Numbered from the stretch's first letter, positions 36,810 to 51,717 are shown. The stretch is 64,000 nucleotides of DNA from Marsupella aquatica (GCA_973895155.1 OZ316897.1:18925111-18989110); one strand, 5' to 3'. Notes: generated from the sequence alone by a model not told the origin. Made by a program: numbers and translations.

Positions 36810-38511
36810 TTTCGATCCGAAGAATTTGCCAGAGCTGCGACTTACAGAATTGCACATAGTCTGTTATTAGTGATGTTGTAAATAGAACCACCCAGAGGGG
36901 TCTGGACCTTGACATTTTTGATAATTAAGTGAATTGAGACCTCTTGATGTCAGGATCATTACAAGTGCCCCTTGGAAGTGCACCAAACAAATTTTGCCAT
37001 CTGTTGAAGTCTGAAACCTCTCGTTTTGAGCTGTAATCTACTCTATCATCGAAAGCGTCTCTTGTTCTTTTCTAAACTTTTTTCACGGTGTAGGTCAATC
37101 TGTCGATCAATTTTCTGTCCAACTTACATCAGAAAAAGATTGGTCCCATTATTGGACATATTGGATCCGATCCACTCTCTAACTAATCTGCTGCAGCTGC
37201 TTGACACTGTCTGCATTGCAGTTTTGACTCTTGAAAGTTTTCGTACATTTCCTTGAGTCTTCTAGTGCATTAGTATGGAAGAGTACTGAGGCACTAAGAT
37301 GGTCACTATCATCTCACCTGCATTCTTCATCGTTCCCCACCACACACCTACAACGAGGACAATATCCAGTAAGTCTGACTGCTCGAAATTGATTGGAGAA
37401 TTGGTGTGTTGACATGAAGTTCACCCGTAATGCATCTCACCTGGATGTGGCCTGTGGAACCTAAAAGGACACCAGCACCTGAGAACACTTAAGATATTGG
37501 AGAGGAAAGCTACTAAATTTCTATTCAGAGCTTCTGTCTATTAGAGACGAGACCTTCGTCACTGAGTTCCAGCCTATGTTGAAATTCGCAGCTTCCCAGG
37601 ACTTCACGCCCCAAGGTGTTCGCGCTCAATCGTTCCTCTGCCATGAGTAAGCATTATATCCTTGGCAAGAGTTTCTCGCCCTGTATTTGAAACGATAAAC
37701 GAGTAATTAATTGGTTTGATTGTATTTTTCATGTAATGTGAAGCGACCATTAAATAATGTGACCGAACCCTATATTAACCCTAACCTGAAGCTAGGTTAT
37801 GGAAATATCGTCATTGTTTTCATAGTTTTAGCCATAATGAGTGTTTACAGTTCGGAAGTAATTGTCCAACTTAGCAAGGCAGTAAATGGAGGAGAGCAAA
37901 TGAATAAGGACACAAAAGTCTGACCTACCTGCGTTTCAAGCAGCAGGATTCGCAGCACTTGCCAGGATCGACTTCAAAATTCTACCAGCTTGATCTTCCT
38001 GGTCGAAGATACTAGGGTCTGTCAAATTCCATGTCAGTGTTAGGTTTCCTAGAAGTAAGGCAGAAATTAACCGAATGTAACATATTTTGTCGAGTTGAAG
38101 TATACAAGGTAGGTGAAATTTTTCTATCCCATTACTCATCGGCGTTTATCGCTTTCTTTCCCCAGACCTCGACAAACTTGTAGAGCAAGTCCCAGGATGC
38201 ACGGATTCAGTTGCTACAGGTTGATTCAAGAATAAAGATCATGAGTATGAGAATGACTGACCCTTCTTGGATCCTAGTTTTCACAATTTGAACTGCATGA
38301 GCTGCAGGGCCAGCAGCTCTCATCTGCAGTATTGTTCATAGTCAACTAGCTGGGGCATTTCATCTCAAGCTCAGCATCTCATTCATTCGTCAACTTGTCT
38401 TTCACTTGAGTCCCTAGTGAATCGTGTCTCAGAGCTGAGCATTGGGATCTGAAGAATCTACGGCCAACACTTTTGAATGCCAAGAACTCCTTCTCCTCGT
38501 CCAGAATTGGT

Positions 38512-41500
38512 TCAGGAGGGACCAACAGGGCCACTTTTTGAGGGGCTCAGGTGGAGCTTGCGACGTGCTAACTTCTCATGTCCATGATGTTCTCTTCTTG
38601 TAAACTCCGGCTTTGCGTTCTGGTTACAATCTAGATAATAATGATGATCTACGAGGGGCGAACACGACAATCCATTCGAATCCACTCCAAGTAATGGCTC
38701 GAACGCCATTTTCCATTCCGGAGGGGACTGAGAAGGATTGGAACCACTGCTCCCGCTGTTTGTCGCTGTCATCGCAGGCATTCTAGTAAATTCTGACTCC
38801 TGGGCCCCATGTTGCGCCCCATGCTTTGCATCTCCACTACCCGAGCCTGGCCAGTCAAATGGGGGCGACATGCTTTGTACCTTTTCCAATGTGCTGGCCA
38901 CTTTGACTGGAGTTGTAAAAGTAGCGGACCGTGAGGCCGCCTGTAGCATACTAATTGTTTCAAGCTGCTGCTGCATATCTTCTTCCCACTCGGCTCGCAA
39001 GCTCTGCTGCTCTTCCATTCTGGAAAGAAGTTGTACTTTATCCACCATCATCCCGTCTGAGTCCGGAGAATCCGTTTCATATGCTTTCCGGAGATGGGTG
39101 GCTAGCCCATCTTCGAAGTGCTCCATCATGGTCAGCCTAGATGCGAGATCATTGAGAGCTTGCTGAATCTGGTTAGTGAAAGGAGATGTCGATGGAAATC
39201 CAAGCAAAGCATTCTCAGTGCGCTGCAAACGGCTCCTGCTGTCTGCTCGCGCGTCTATCAGGCTTGTCATTACGTTTTCTAGCCTCTTTTTGCTGGGTGT
39301 GTTGTCGTCATGCTGATGAGCGCATATATCTCCCGTTCTCTTCTCTGGGAACAAATAATGGAGACCCGCCATGCTTGACTCCGGCGACGAGAGCAATAGA
39401 GAGCCGTTGAATAGGTCTTCCCAGCTGGTGTTGGTGCCAGTGCCACTATGGCGTCTCCTCTCAGCCGGGCCTGGGATGTAGTCAAATGAATTTCTACCTG
39501 AGGTTTCAATTGTTGCTCCTACATTTTGATTGTGGCCTGCTTGCTGGTGAAATGGAATGGTGCACTCAGGAGAATGTTCAGACCTACTTACGTCCTGCTT
39601 ATGCATATCTGAAGTTTGTGGATAGCCATGGAAATCATGCATCATTCTCTCTTCTTTCCTCCGATCGGGGCATTCCCACTGTTTTCTACTGTCAGATTCT
39701 TTTTGTGCCTCGGTGATCAATGTTGACTGAAATTGTACACGAGGTTGTTCATATTTTCCTCTCTCTAGCACTTCGTGAAGCCTCTTCAATCTAGCTTTCT
39801 CTTCTTCTATTGAAACCTTTTCCCTCTGTAGCTGCTCAGCGGTCTGGCTGAGCTGCTGTTCTCTCTCCTTCAATTCAGCCTCTGCCTGTCTTTCTTTGTG
39901 AAAGGCAGTGGTCTCCATGGCTTTCATCCGCTCTTCTTCTACTAGCCTGGCAGCTTTTTGCAAAACTTCCATAGCTTGGGCCCTCTCCTGGAAAAGAGAA
40001 GCTCTCATACTGTCCACGTATTTCGCCTCGTTCAGAAGTTTTGCCTCTTTTTCCATAACAGAGGTTTCTGTTTCCTTCTGGAGCTTTTCCAGTCTTCTTC
40101 GTTCCTCTTCTAGTGCTTCTCTCTCCCTGCGCCATAAAAATGATAAGAGGATCAGAGGACGTGCTGTACTACAGGCCATCATGCAGCATCCTTGAAGTTA
40201 TCTAAAGAAATGGAAACGACAGCTATAATTTAATCGCAAAAATATTTGAAGAAATTCCTTAAACATATTGGCACTCCAAACTACAAGGAATTGTGGAAGA
40301 GGAAATTTGTTGCAGTCAGTTTTAAGCTCATCTTGCACCTGGAAGCATTTTGTGCTGTCTGCGCTGCATCTGCAACCATCTGCTTCGTCGCCTTCAATTG
40401 AGTAGTCAGCGTCTCCTTCACATCTTGTACAGCCCTTCTTGTTTCCTCCTGTGCAGGACAGTCCAGCAGTTAGGCTTTCGGCAGACTGAAACTGCTCGCC
40501 TAGGTTTTTCATCCCTTTCAACAAGAGCTACGCATATAATTGTGATACCTGTCTGGGCGCCTACACTTTCATAGCTGAGCTACAAACATACGATTTGAAT
40601 TGAACGGGTCCATCCACGATGTCTGTGAGCCAGCTTGGCACCTTCCTTGCCTCTACAAATTTAATTCTCGTACCGTTTAGCCTACACAACAGTTGCGAAC
40701 CTCACCAGTTCTTGCTGCTGAGATTTCAGATTTCCTCTCTCCTGCTCAATCTTCACAGCCTCCTTTTGCAAATTATCCTCCATTTGCTTCAGACGCCGCC
40801 TTGCCGCATCATCTTGGGAATTCTCCATTCGGTCAAATGCTACCATTCGGTGCAAGGATTCATCCTGGACTTGCAGAAAAGCTATGTTGTAGGTCCTCCG
40901 TGATATACTAAAATTGAGGTTCCGTGACTACTGTGATTGTCCGGAACTTCAATAATTACGATGAGGAAGAACATCCTTAATTTCATTAATTTAGTTTTTC
41001 ACGGTTCTACAACCAGGGTCTTACTTGCTTCACGAAGTCAACAAATGATGAAAGAGAAAGAGAGCAGACCATTTCCTTGCCAAGTATCTGAGACTCCCAC
41101 TTTCCTTGTCCTTCGTGAGCTTGCCAGTGATCCATAGCATATGGCTGGGAGTCTGCTGCTGCAGGCCTTTTTGGTCCAGCTTGTTGTTCTACTCTGGAAG
41201 AGTACAGACATTTTCTTTCTCTTTCTTCCAATTTAGTCTCTCGTTCTTCAACTTCCTTCTCCTTTGCTTTAAGTCTCGCCTCCCTCTCTTCAATTGTTGC
41301 CGCAATTGCCTCTGCTACTCGACGTTTTTCTTCGACATATTGTCTCTGCGCATCTAACTCTGCTCGAGCCCCATTCAACTGCGCCCGGAGCTCCTGTGCA
41401 TCTTTGTGGATGTGGCTCTTGCCCTGACGTTCCAGGACCTCCACTGATTCTTCTCTTTCTGCCAGTCTCGACTCTCTTAAATGTACTGCGTGCTCTCGTT

Positions 41501-44500
41501 CCTGGAGCTTAGAAAGCATTTCCGTTTTCTGCCTGTCTAGCTCCTCTCTGAGCCTAGCCTTACGCTGTGCATCCTCCCTGGCCTTGCGATCTTGTTCAGC
41601 TTTCCACTGTTGTGCATCTTCCTTCTGACTCTTTAAGAGATCTCTCTGATTCTCGAAGGCAGCTTGTTCTTCCCTTAACGTTTCCCATCCTGGTTAATAT
41701 TGGAAAGCACCAATTAGTCACCCAACGAGATAATAAAACACGAATTCAACCAAACCTTTGATGATGCAAAAGCATTGTTGTGCCTATCGTCCATCAACTC
41801 TGCGATCCATCGGATCACCAGCGGACCCTTCATTCCTTTTCGTTTTTCACCATGACTATATCCATCCCCAAGCTCTTACAGCACCTTGATCGTGTTTTTG
41901 TAGTGTGAATGCAGATGTGTATGATGTTGATTGATTGAATAAATTTTTATTATCTACGGAAGGCATTCAGCCCATGGTACCAAATGATAGAATGCTGGTT
42001 ATTACAACGCAATGTTTGGATAGGTCAGAGGTCTTGTTATAGGTACCTTTTTCAATTTCTTCCGATCTATTGAGACGGTCTTGCACCTGCAGCTCCATCT
42101 TTGACAAAGCCTGGCCGTGCTCCTCCAGACTTAGTGCCTTCGTCTTGAGGGTAACCTCGTAATCCAACAGCTCTTTTTCCTTGGCTAGATTCTCCTGTCG
42201 TTTCTCCTCCACCAGACGCTCTTTGTGTGAGATCTCCTCAGCGGAAGCAGTTTCTTCTTTCAAAGCCGCTGCGTGCTGCTCAACCTCAGTGATCATCTTT
42301 TCCAAATCTCTTCTCTCATTGGTTAGCGTTCCCTCCAATTCCTGCATGCAGAAAGAATCACTCGTTCGTAATCTAGAAATCCTTGCATCACATCTCCTTG
42401 GTGAGACGATGAAGTGTACAAATACAGTTTTTGAATTTATTACATGCTGCCTTCTAGTGATTGGTTTGCACTGACCTGCAGATCACGCTCTTTATCAACA
42501 ACTGCTTGCTCCCTCAATCTGACATTTTTCTCCTTTGCAGCAGTCTCGGCAGTCATTCTCTTCACATCAGACAAAGCTGATGCAATCTTCTCTTCCTGTC
42601 ACCGACAATGTAAAATGTATTGAGTTGATCATCTTGGTCACAAACTTGTACAGTAGAAGCTGCACATACCACCAGACTTGCCTTTTTCGTCGTGTCGATC
42701 TGTAGAATAGCTGGGTGGTAACCTCGTTGTAAACAATTTGAAGCCTGACGCTATCATTTAAGACAGTGGTGAATTCTTTTGGCTGATTTCACCATGTTTT
42801 ATTAGTCATTATATCAACAGTAGCCTTGGACCTCTTGCAATATATCGTCCAATGGCGACGGAGGTGGTATGAGTTACGGTGACTAATTTGGCTTAACAGC
42901 AATAGGACTTGCTACCGGGGGATCAACAATGCGCTGACCTAGAACTAACTTAAAACCAGCCTGGACCAAATACAAAGGTTCTGTGTCTACAAAGTTGTGT
43001 ACAATGATGATTTTCATGAAGATAAATCGAACTATGGATGCTAGGTACCTGGGAAACAAGCGTGCTTTCCCTACTCTTCAGAAGGTCCTGTTGTTGCGCT
43101 AGATTCCGAGCTAGAGCCTCCACCTTGCCCTTTGACAGTTCAACTTTGTTCCTTTGCAACTCTAACTTCGACGATGCCTGGTCCAGCTCAGCAACTCGAT
43201 CGATTATTTGAGCTCCCGCCTGCTCAATGTCAAGTTGTAGTTTTTTCTGCACATGGTATGCATAAGCACGAGGCATGCGATGCAAGCGAACTCTGACTTC
43301 AAGAGTTGCCATGGACAAAACATTTCAGCATTGTAACTTTGTATGAGGCGACGCTCCGCAATTTTTCATCGTGCAACTCATCCGAGAGGGATGACTTGCA
43401 CAGCAGAACTCGCATCTTCTAAGGCCATTATGACTAATTGCTCGCCATCGGATAAAGTGCATTCCGACCTATTTGAAAAGCGGAAGGAGTCAAAGCGACA
43501 GGCGGATGATATCAGCGCATGTACATAAAAATTAGATGCAACCGAAGGGGGACGAACAAACCAGCTCTTGGATCTGCATTTGGAGTTCCTCTTTCCCATT
43601 AGTGAAACTCTCAATTCTGCTTTGCAGTGTTTCTTCTGCTTCTCTTTGCCAGATTTGCAATTCATCTCTTTTTGTGTGAACTTCCTCAAACTCCCTCTCC
43701 ACCTCACGTCTGGCCACTTCAAGTTCCTCGATTTGGGCTCGGTACTCCTTCGCATGCTTGCGGACCTGAAAATGAATTGAAAATAGGTTTGTGTTTTTTC
43801 AACATTTGAGAAACTTGACGTGAAGAAATTAGAGCGAGGGGTATCCTACGTACTATACACCTCCACAGGGTATTGGTAGATTCTTGTCAGGAGAGAACAC
43901 TTATATGTCTCCCGTTTACCAAAGTTCAGCTATTTTCTAGGCGGTGGCTGGCTCCCTGGAAACCATATTTGTAGTTTTCGAATACCTCTTGTGAGTGCTC
44001 GTCATGTTTGGTTTGTAACTCCCTCTCTGCGGCCCATGCGCGTGCTTCCATTTCTGCGAACCGCTTTATCTCGTTAATTGCAAGCCTTCGTTCTTCCGTC
44101 AGCTTGTGCAGATCACTCTTGATTTCAACCTCTTTGCTTTCAAGGATCTTGGTCCTCTTTGCCAGGCTATCTTGCTTTGCTTTCAGTTCTTCCGTCCAAG
44201 TTTCTTGCTCAAGAATCAGCTTAGAATGCAAAGCTTCTGACCGGTCTTGCTCCACTTGGATTCTGGATTCAATTTCCCGCAAGGAAAACTGTTGTTGCTG
44301 CAACTCTTTCTCCTTCACTCGAAGTCTATCTTCCCATGCTTTGACTCTGTCTTCCACCGATTTTAGGTACTCATCAGCTTCTCTCCGTTCCTTTGAAACA
44401 CGAGCCCAGGCTTCATCCGCATTCTTCTTCGATGCTTGGGCTTCTACAATGGCCTCTTCCGAGTCTTTAATTCTCTTCCTTTCCCTTTCTAGCTCTGCCA

Positions 44501-47500
44501 TAGACTCTTTCGTTTTCAGCCTCTCAATCTCACAGTGCTCATGCATGGACTTCAAAAGTTTCTCCCTCTCATTGAGCTGCGCTGCGAGACTTTCTGCAGC
44601 CAGAGCCTTCTCTTCTAGCTCACTCTCGATCTCTCTCAGGGTCAGCTCTCTTGCATTAAGCCTGGCTTCGAAGTCTCTCTGTGAATTATTTGCCCTGTCG
44701 CGTTTTCTCTCGTTTGCGATCTTTTCCTTCTCAAATTGCTGCGCCTGTTTCTCCTGCTCCTCCCTCAATCGCTTGATTCCTTGAAGCTGTGATTCAGCAT
44801 CTCTCTCACGAGCTGATACTTGCCGAATCCTCTCTTGCACCTTCACACGCTCTTTGTTCACGAGCTCTTGATCATTATGAAGCCTCACCGAGGTAGCCCA
44901 CAATTCTTCTTGTAGAGCGCAAATCTCAAGAGCTTTGCCATCAATCGATGACTCATGAACGGATAGGTTTGCAGCTTTTTTCTGAACCTCAGCCAGTGAT
45001 ACCGCTGCTTCCTGCTCACTTTCTGAAACAGCCTGTACACAATACAAACAATTCCATGCCCCGTGCAGGTTCTGAATCAGCTTGGTCCCGAAAAAAAAAC
45101 TGCTTAAGCTTAGTCTGAACTGTAGCATATCGAATTGGTGTCGCCTCCACAGGAATGAGGTAGTAGGTGAGGAGGAATTTACCTTACGCCGCTCCTGCAA
45201 GTGAGTATCCCAAAGGACAAGGCTCTCTCGTTCTTTCGACAATGTTGTCCGCTCCTCTTCTGCCGTACGGGTTTGTTCCTCAGCGCATCTCATCATTTCT
45301 GCAGCTCTTTCAAACTGTTCAGCAGTGGCCTCCTTCGTGTTCATAATTTCCTCCTCGAAGCTTTTCATTCTCTCGGATTCTCTTTCTAAGACCACTGCCC
45401 ATTTCTGGAGGTGGGTTTCGCGCGATAAGAAACCAACAAGTCGCTCACAGACATTGATCACAATCTTGCACCATTCCGCACTGTCTCCGTTGGCCGCTAA
45501 AAGGTGAATTCCCTCCAGATCTATGGTAAAACCCATGGTCCTCGGCTTACTTGGGTCAAATCCGAAGAGCTGGTCTCGACAGGATTCGTTATCACATGCC
45601 TGCTTCAATTCATTCCACATCTCGTGCAACGCCTTTTCTTTCTTCTCCATCTGTGCGAGGACATCTCTGAGTGCAGCTACAAGCTTCCCCATGACCATCG
45701 TCCCCGATTCTACATTTTCAAGGGTGACTTCCAAGTCCCGCTTCTGTTGTGCATACCACAAGTAATCCAAACTTCAAGAACCGCATCCATTCACAGCTAA
45801 AATCAACCAAATCAGCATGTAGAGGACATCTCTTGCGTTTTTTCTTTAGGTAGTTTCCTCACCGTCACTTGGTCCTGTGTGCTCATCCCATCATGGGATC
45901 AGAAGCAGTCATTCACATAAATATCTTTTACTTTGCACTAACTTGACGAGACACCATGATGGATTACACGAGCGTGATGAAACGAGAGTCTAGAAACTAA
46001 AGCGATGGGTTTCGTGATTGAAAGAGAAAACATATATACTGCTTCGGAGCACGCAGCAACGACGTTCGTCACAACAGTACTAAAGGCAGATTTCGCCTAA
46101 TTTCTAATCCTCGGGTCTGATTTATACTATTGGTCAACGACCTACTCGATCCCCTCTTCAGTCCAATAAGCGTCCCAAGAGCATACAGAGGTTGGTGACC
46201 TCTCATGAGATCATTGACGACGCCAATTGTTTTTGATATTTACCCAGTCACATCCTGCACGTCCTACCAGTCTCCAAGGGCTGCAGATAGGGAATCCAAT
46301 CATTTGGTGCAAGCGGGACTAAAAGCGGCAAAACACAGCAGCTGAAATTCTGGAGATTAACTATCCCCTGTTTATTGGTGCTCCTTAAGTCCCACGGAAG
46401 CCGAATCCTGTTCGAAGTTCCTCCGTTGTGTTGCTTTCGAATTCCCACTTGACCAAAGGAGCTAAAACTCACGACAGCATTTAAAACTGCACGCTTCATT
46501 ATATTGTTGAAAAAGGAGATCAGCTTCGCTTCTACCTGCTCAAGGTGATTCACAGCTTCCTCCCGCTGAGACAAGGCATCCTCACATTTGGATAGTGCCA
46601 GGCGTGCTTCAGATAGCTTCTGCTGCTCTTCGAGCAACGTTTCTTCGGCCGTTCTCAGTTTTGACTCTCTTTTCGATAATCTCAGCTCCCATTCCACCTG
46701 CGCCACCAACGTCAACAGGCTCTCAGCTTCTCTGTGAATTGGAGTTTTTTCTCTACGACACGCTATTAGTGCTGTCGAGACCAGTCTACAAATAGGACAG
46801 CCACTACGAATCGAGGGCTCTGTTTCTATCCTATTACAGCCAATACGTGAAGAACAACGTTGCTTAAAGTGGATGCAATCTGGATGCAATCATATAGCTT
46901 TTCTCGAGTACCTTACTAATCGTGTGATCTAATTTGTGTTGTACCAGCGCAGATATCTCCTTCCGACCTTTCCAGTCCAACTGAGTATCAGACTTGAAAG
47001 GTTTACCAAATACAGGACCATAGTCTGTGGTACTCAAGCCAGTCCTTTGTTCTGTCACACTCCTTCTGTCTTCCGCGATGATCTATAGTACAGAGAAAAC
47101 TTCGGTAAAAAAAGAAATCTTGCAGGTCACCGAGAAATGAACTTTTGAAAAATGCTTCAATGACTACGAGGACTACTCATTTTGCTAGGCAATCAGTTTC
47201 ACAAGCAGGAGCTACAACACGGTTCAAGTCTATGTCATTGCAACTGCGAGTAGCCTGTCAAATGTGAGTAATCAATTACATCTAGTACCAAACAACTGTG
47301 GATGTCCACAATGGGGCCATTTCAATCTACATGATTGCATAGAGGGTTTCAGTACATTCTGGACGGACAGGGGATGGACAGATATGTCCTTTAACCTCTT
47401 CACATTGACTTTCATCGCCAGGATTCTTACATGACTGGAAACGCTTTTGTTGTTAGAAGGCCCTTCAGACAATACTCGATTTTCTTTCGGCATCGTTATG

Positions 47501-48640
47501 GAGTGATTCCTGACAGCCCCAACACCCACAGACATGCAAGGTTTGCACGTGCTTTCCGAAATAAGGTTACGTTGTACAATTTTTACCGAGCAAACGGGAA
47601 CAAAAATGATGTCTTTATAAAAAAATTACATTTGCTATTTAAACTCAAGTTCACGAGCAAAACCTTTGCTGGCTGCGTCTGGGGTTTGTGCCCGGCTCAA
47701 ACGTGGATCCATCTGAATGCAGCTCAGTTTCTCGTGCTGATGATGCGCTGGGTGTTACAGGTGGGGGAGACCGTGAGGACTGAGCAACTTCTGTTGATCC
47801 AAGCTCTTCCATTCCAACAGGTATCTGCAACCCAGGAGGTCCCTTACCAGAAGAGTAAGTGGCTGGATCAGGAGTAGGCGGTTTTGAAGATGTGAAGGCT
47901 CCAGGAGAATTTATAGAGGAAGACCACATATTGCTGGTTGTACATTCACGGATAGGTAACTTGGACTGACATGTAGAGTGTGGATTACAGCGGTTTCTAC
48001 TATCGATGGGAGTTTCGAGAAGGAATTCAGGTCTCATATGTCGCTGAGTATTTACAGTGAAAATATGGGCTGATGATGATGATGGTGGAGGCGGTTTAGA
48101 AGGTGTTCCATAACTTGGAGGGTAAGACGTATTCTTATCAGTGGACGAGGTGGGAGCTGTGAGATTTCCATTCGCTCGTGGAACGTCATGAGGACCTGGA
48201 CACTTTTCTGTAGATGGCGAGGTCGTGATTCTGGTAAATGTTGGACTACCAAGTAAAACAGGGTTTGCCGGCTGTGCAGCTGCAATAGAGCTGTGCCTTT
48301 CAGAGTTCGGAATGAGTGGCAATCGTTGCCTATGACCTGTGGACAAACCTTTATCAGGACTATGGGAGGAGAGGAAAGTAGCCGAACTTCTGGCAGAAGA
48401 TAACGACGCTCTGGGTGAGTTTCCGGCTGATCTCCTTTTGACAGTTTTGTGGCTTGAGAACAGGGGATTGGAGTAAGAAAAGGCAGTAGAGGGAACGGTG
48501 CGATCTAGTTCGCAGTTGTATGGCAAAGCCTGCTCTGCTGCTAAGCGTGTCTCCCCCTCCCACTTCTCGGATTTCTTCTGAAAGTGTAGCCACTGCAAAA
48601 TTTGAGGCCCCAGAGCACCATGAGTGGTTTGAAATTTCAC
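38512..48640 (-). CDS. Large multi-exon coiled-coil protein (E/R/K/Q-rich rod with Ser/Pro-rich disordered termini); function unknown, start codon not located
   Basis: Successive minus-strand heptad-rich exons bounded by GT/AG: approximately 48578-47660, 46717-46536, 45752-45183, 45031-43986, 43766-43562, 43227-43049, 42596-42477, 42341-42047, 41689-41094, 40905-40701, 40455-40338 and 40126-38512 (stop). Boundaries are approximate. Confidence 0.8.
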
Positions 48641-50364
48641 AGCAACGTCCGCTCGCCTTCAAATACAACGACCTGAAAGAGCCTCTAATTTCCACAGATG
48701 TGCCAATAGATTCCAGAATGCGAAAATTACAGGCGAATGCCAAGAAAGGAAACAACGCAATATTGACCACGGAGAAAGGCAATTGCGGAGCAAGAAAAGC
48801 GATTGTTGGCTACAATCCACGCGGTTAAAGGGCCCGTGGAATCAAGAGAAGTTCACGTCGGAACCTTTAAAGTCGGATTACGAAAAGGACAACAAGCAGC
48901 CAAGAAGAGCTGCATCATCATGTCAGGGGTAACTTCCGTCTTTGTTTGGAAACAGAATGCATGTTGCTGAGGAGAGCGACAAACCAACCGAGCAGGATTG
49001 CCAATACCAGCAAGGATACCTTGCACCTGAGCGAGATTTCTCAGCGTCCTATTTCGTTGCAATAAGCAACGAATTCGGCCTCGTTGAAACAAGTTCCAAA
49101 ACTCAACGCAGCTAACAGCTAATATCCACACTGTTGCGTTTTGGTTGCCCAATGTTAGAGATGTTACAGAGGATGTGTGATGTTGCGATTGATTCTGTTA
49201 CATCAGCGACCATGGTTGAAGCGACTTTCAGTCAAGATTCCCATTAACGTGATTACTGAGCAGGAACATTGGCTGCCATGGCCCAAAACAAAGTTAAGAG
49301 ACTTTTAGCTTTTGATAGGTTACTAGTGACTTGGGTCAAGTCTGCTGCGACAGTGATCTTTGAGCAGATAGGTAGGTTAGCAAAACATTTCACTTGTCCT
49401 AGCAAGCACTCAGCCAACAAAGCTGTTCCTTCGCGAGCCACGGCAGCAGTGGCATACCTGGCTTTCAAGCTGCTCAAATCGCGTCGCGATGTCCCTCGCC
49501 ACAGATATGTCTTCACCACCCGCGGTTAGCTTGGCATTGTAATTCTCATGCCCGCTCCCGGCGTACTCCCCCATGATTGATATCTCAGAAGTACATGTCT
49601 AATTCCAGTTTGTACATATCTAATTCGAAGGTAAATTACTAGTATCAAAATTGTCTCCGGCGCGAACACGTTCTCGGAGATACAAAATCTCGAAACAACG
49701 CAGAGGTTGCACTTCTGACAAAATTGACGAAGACTGACGAAAAACACTCGAAGCCACAGGCACTCTTGACGTGCACCGGACAGGAGGAGAAAGCAAGAAG
49801 CTCCCTCACGCCGCCAAACAGGCCAGAGGCGGATGGATAATCGTCTATGGAAAAATGATATTCGAACAGAAATGAACACAGCATTCCTTCTGAATAAAAT
49901 GTTCATGCGAAATCGAATCAAGAATTCGAGATCGTTGAAAAGAATACCCCGGTCAATCCCTGCTTAACCAAGAAGAAAAGCTCACAACACCCCTGACGAA
50001 GGGAATTACCATGCTCACGAACGCAAACAAAGAAACAGAAACATAATCCCTCAGACAAACCGCAATGTAGAGATTGTTGTTATCAAGAATAACAGTCAAT
50101 CCAGAATTGGCCGCAACTCTTGCTTGATAGACACAAGGCAAGAACGACAAATAATCTTTAGAGAAGAACGAAATGTTGCTAAAAATTGATACTAAGGAAA
50201 GAATTGTTCAACACGGGAGAGAGCGCGAGAGAGAATGAGGAATCGTGAACGAATTGGGATCACGACAGTGTTCCCTCTCGCCTCTCCCATCCCATCATCG
50301 CCTCAGAACGAGCCGCAGTGTTAACACTGATTACAAAGGAACGAACCATTGACAAGGGGAAAAA

Positions 50365-50740
50365 GAGAACGAATGAGAAATAGAGCAACCGAAAATTCCG
50401 ATCACAAAAGTGATCATCCCTCTGTCACTGTCCTCTCGCATCATCCCGTCAAACAAAAACAAAAAAAACCGGAATTGTCTACATTCTGACTGCACCAATG
50501 TGGAGAGAAGTGTAAGCTTCTGAAGAGTGTCTTGAACGAATCGTTCGCAACTGGGGAGAGAACGAACGAAAAAAAATAGAGCAACCGTGAAATTCCGATC
50601 ACAGAAGTGATCATCCCTCTGTCATTCTGTCCCCTCGCACCATCCCTGTCAAACACAAACAAAAAACCAGAATTGTGTACATTTCCTACTGTACCAATGT
50701 GGAGAGAAGCAAAAGCTTGTGAAGAGTTTCTTGAAGAGCG
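50365..50740. repeat. Tandem duplication of ~190 bp upstream of the coiled-coil gene
   Basis: 'aaatagagcaaccg…aattccgatcaca.aagtgatcatccctctgtca…accaatgtggagagaag' occurs at ~50378 and ~50574. Confidence 0.85.
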
Positions 50741-51409
50741 CGGTCGGGGGTTTTCAGCACGAGGCCGCCTGGAGGGCATCTGATTGGTTTAGACCAGTTT
50801 GCATTTCTTCGCAGCCAATCACAAGACTGTGAGTCAGCAGCGGCAGTTACGGAACTTGTGGGCTCTTTCAGTACGGCGCAACTGTATTGCTCTGGTACTG
50901 TACATCCTCTATAAGTGCACACTCTCGGGAAAGCGGATCCCATGTGCGCTAAACCAGGTTTTGCACCCTCTCAATTTGCACTTATCCACTTGTCTATTAG
51001 TGTGCATGATCTGTTTGAATGTTTGTTAAGAGAACAGTCTTGGGTGACTCTAAACACAAATTGAACATAGACGCCCTACATTTGGTGTCATACTCCATAA
51101 TTGCATTTTTAACTCTACTAGAAAGGGTCATGCACTTAAGGTTTAGGGTTTATCAGTGAATGCAATTTGATGGAGCATTGTGCTTATTGACCTTGCGGTA
51201 TTGTGCTTGATGGTTTTTGGAGTTTGGTAGCTGTTTGGGGTGTGTGTGACCCTCTGTGTGGTTTGTTGTCTGTCTCGCTGATCTTCACCTTAGTGATCTT
51301 CACCGTAGTGGTTTCTCTAATAAACACGTATTTCAAAAAAAAATTATTTTAAAAAATTGATAAGCACAAATGAACACTGATCAAGGGTTTTGCACTTTTA
51401 AAGTTTGTC

Positions 51410-51717
51410 AATCTGAACAATAACCTACATGGAAGAGTTCCTCTTGCTCTTGCTGCTGGGCCAGTGCGGGGAGTAAGCGTCAAGTATGGGCTACATCCTC
51501 ACTTATCTCAATCATGGAATTTCGAGTTCTTATTTGGGCGTGCTTTGGATATCTTGACATTCTCTAATATAACCCTCTAACTCATCGTGGATGAAGTTGG
51601 ACACCTGTTGGTACTTTTAGTTCCCTGTTCTACTTGGCCTCTCCCCCTATGTCCTCCTATTTGGGACCTGGACATGGTAAGCTGTGCGCACCCTTAGTCA
51701 GGCTACCAATAGAAGGA
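51410..51717 (+). pseudogene. Isolated duplicate of the last visible LRR exon and intron of the RLP4-like gene (matches ~59940-60248)
   Basis: 'ggaagagttcct…gctcttgctgctggg…gtgcggggagtaagcgtcaagtatgg…ccttagtcaggctaccaatagaa' is shared between the two sites. Confidence 0.8.

Noticed and set aside
44008-44784. 258-aa plus-strand Ser-rich ORF and similar antisense ORFs
   Set aside because: These are shadow frames of the minus-strand coiled-coil exons.
51138-51152. Telomeric repeat (ggtttagggttt)
   Set aside because: Fewer than two units; at most a telo-box.
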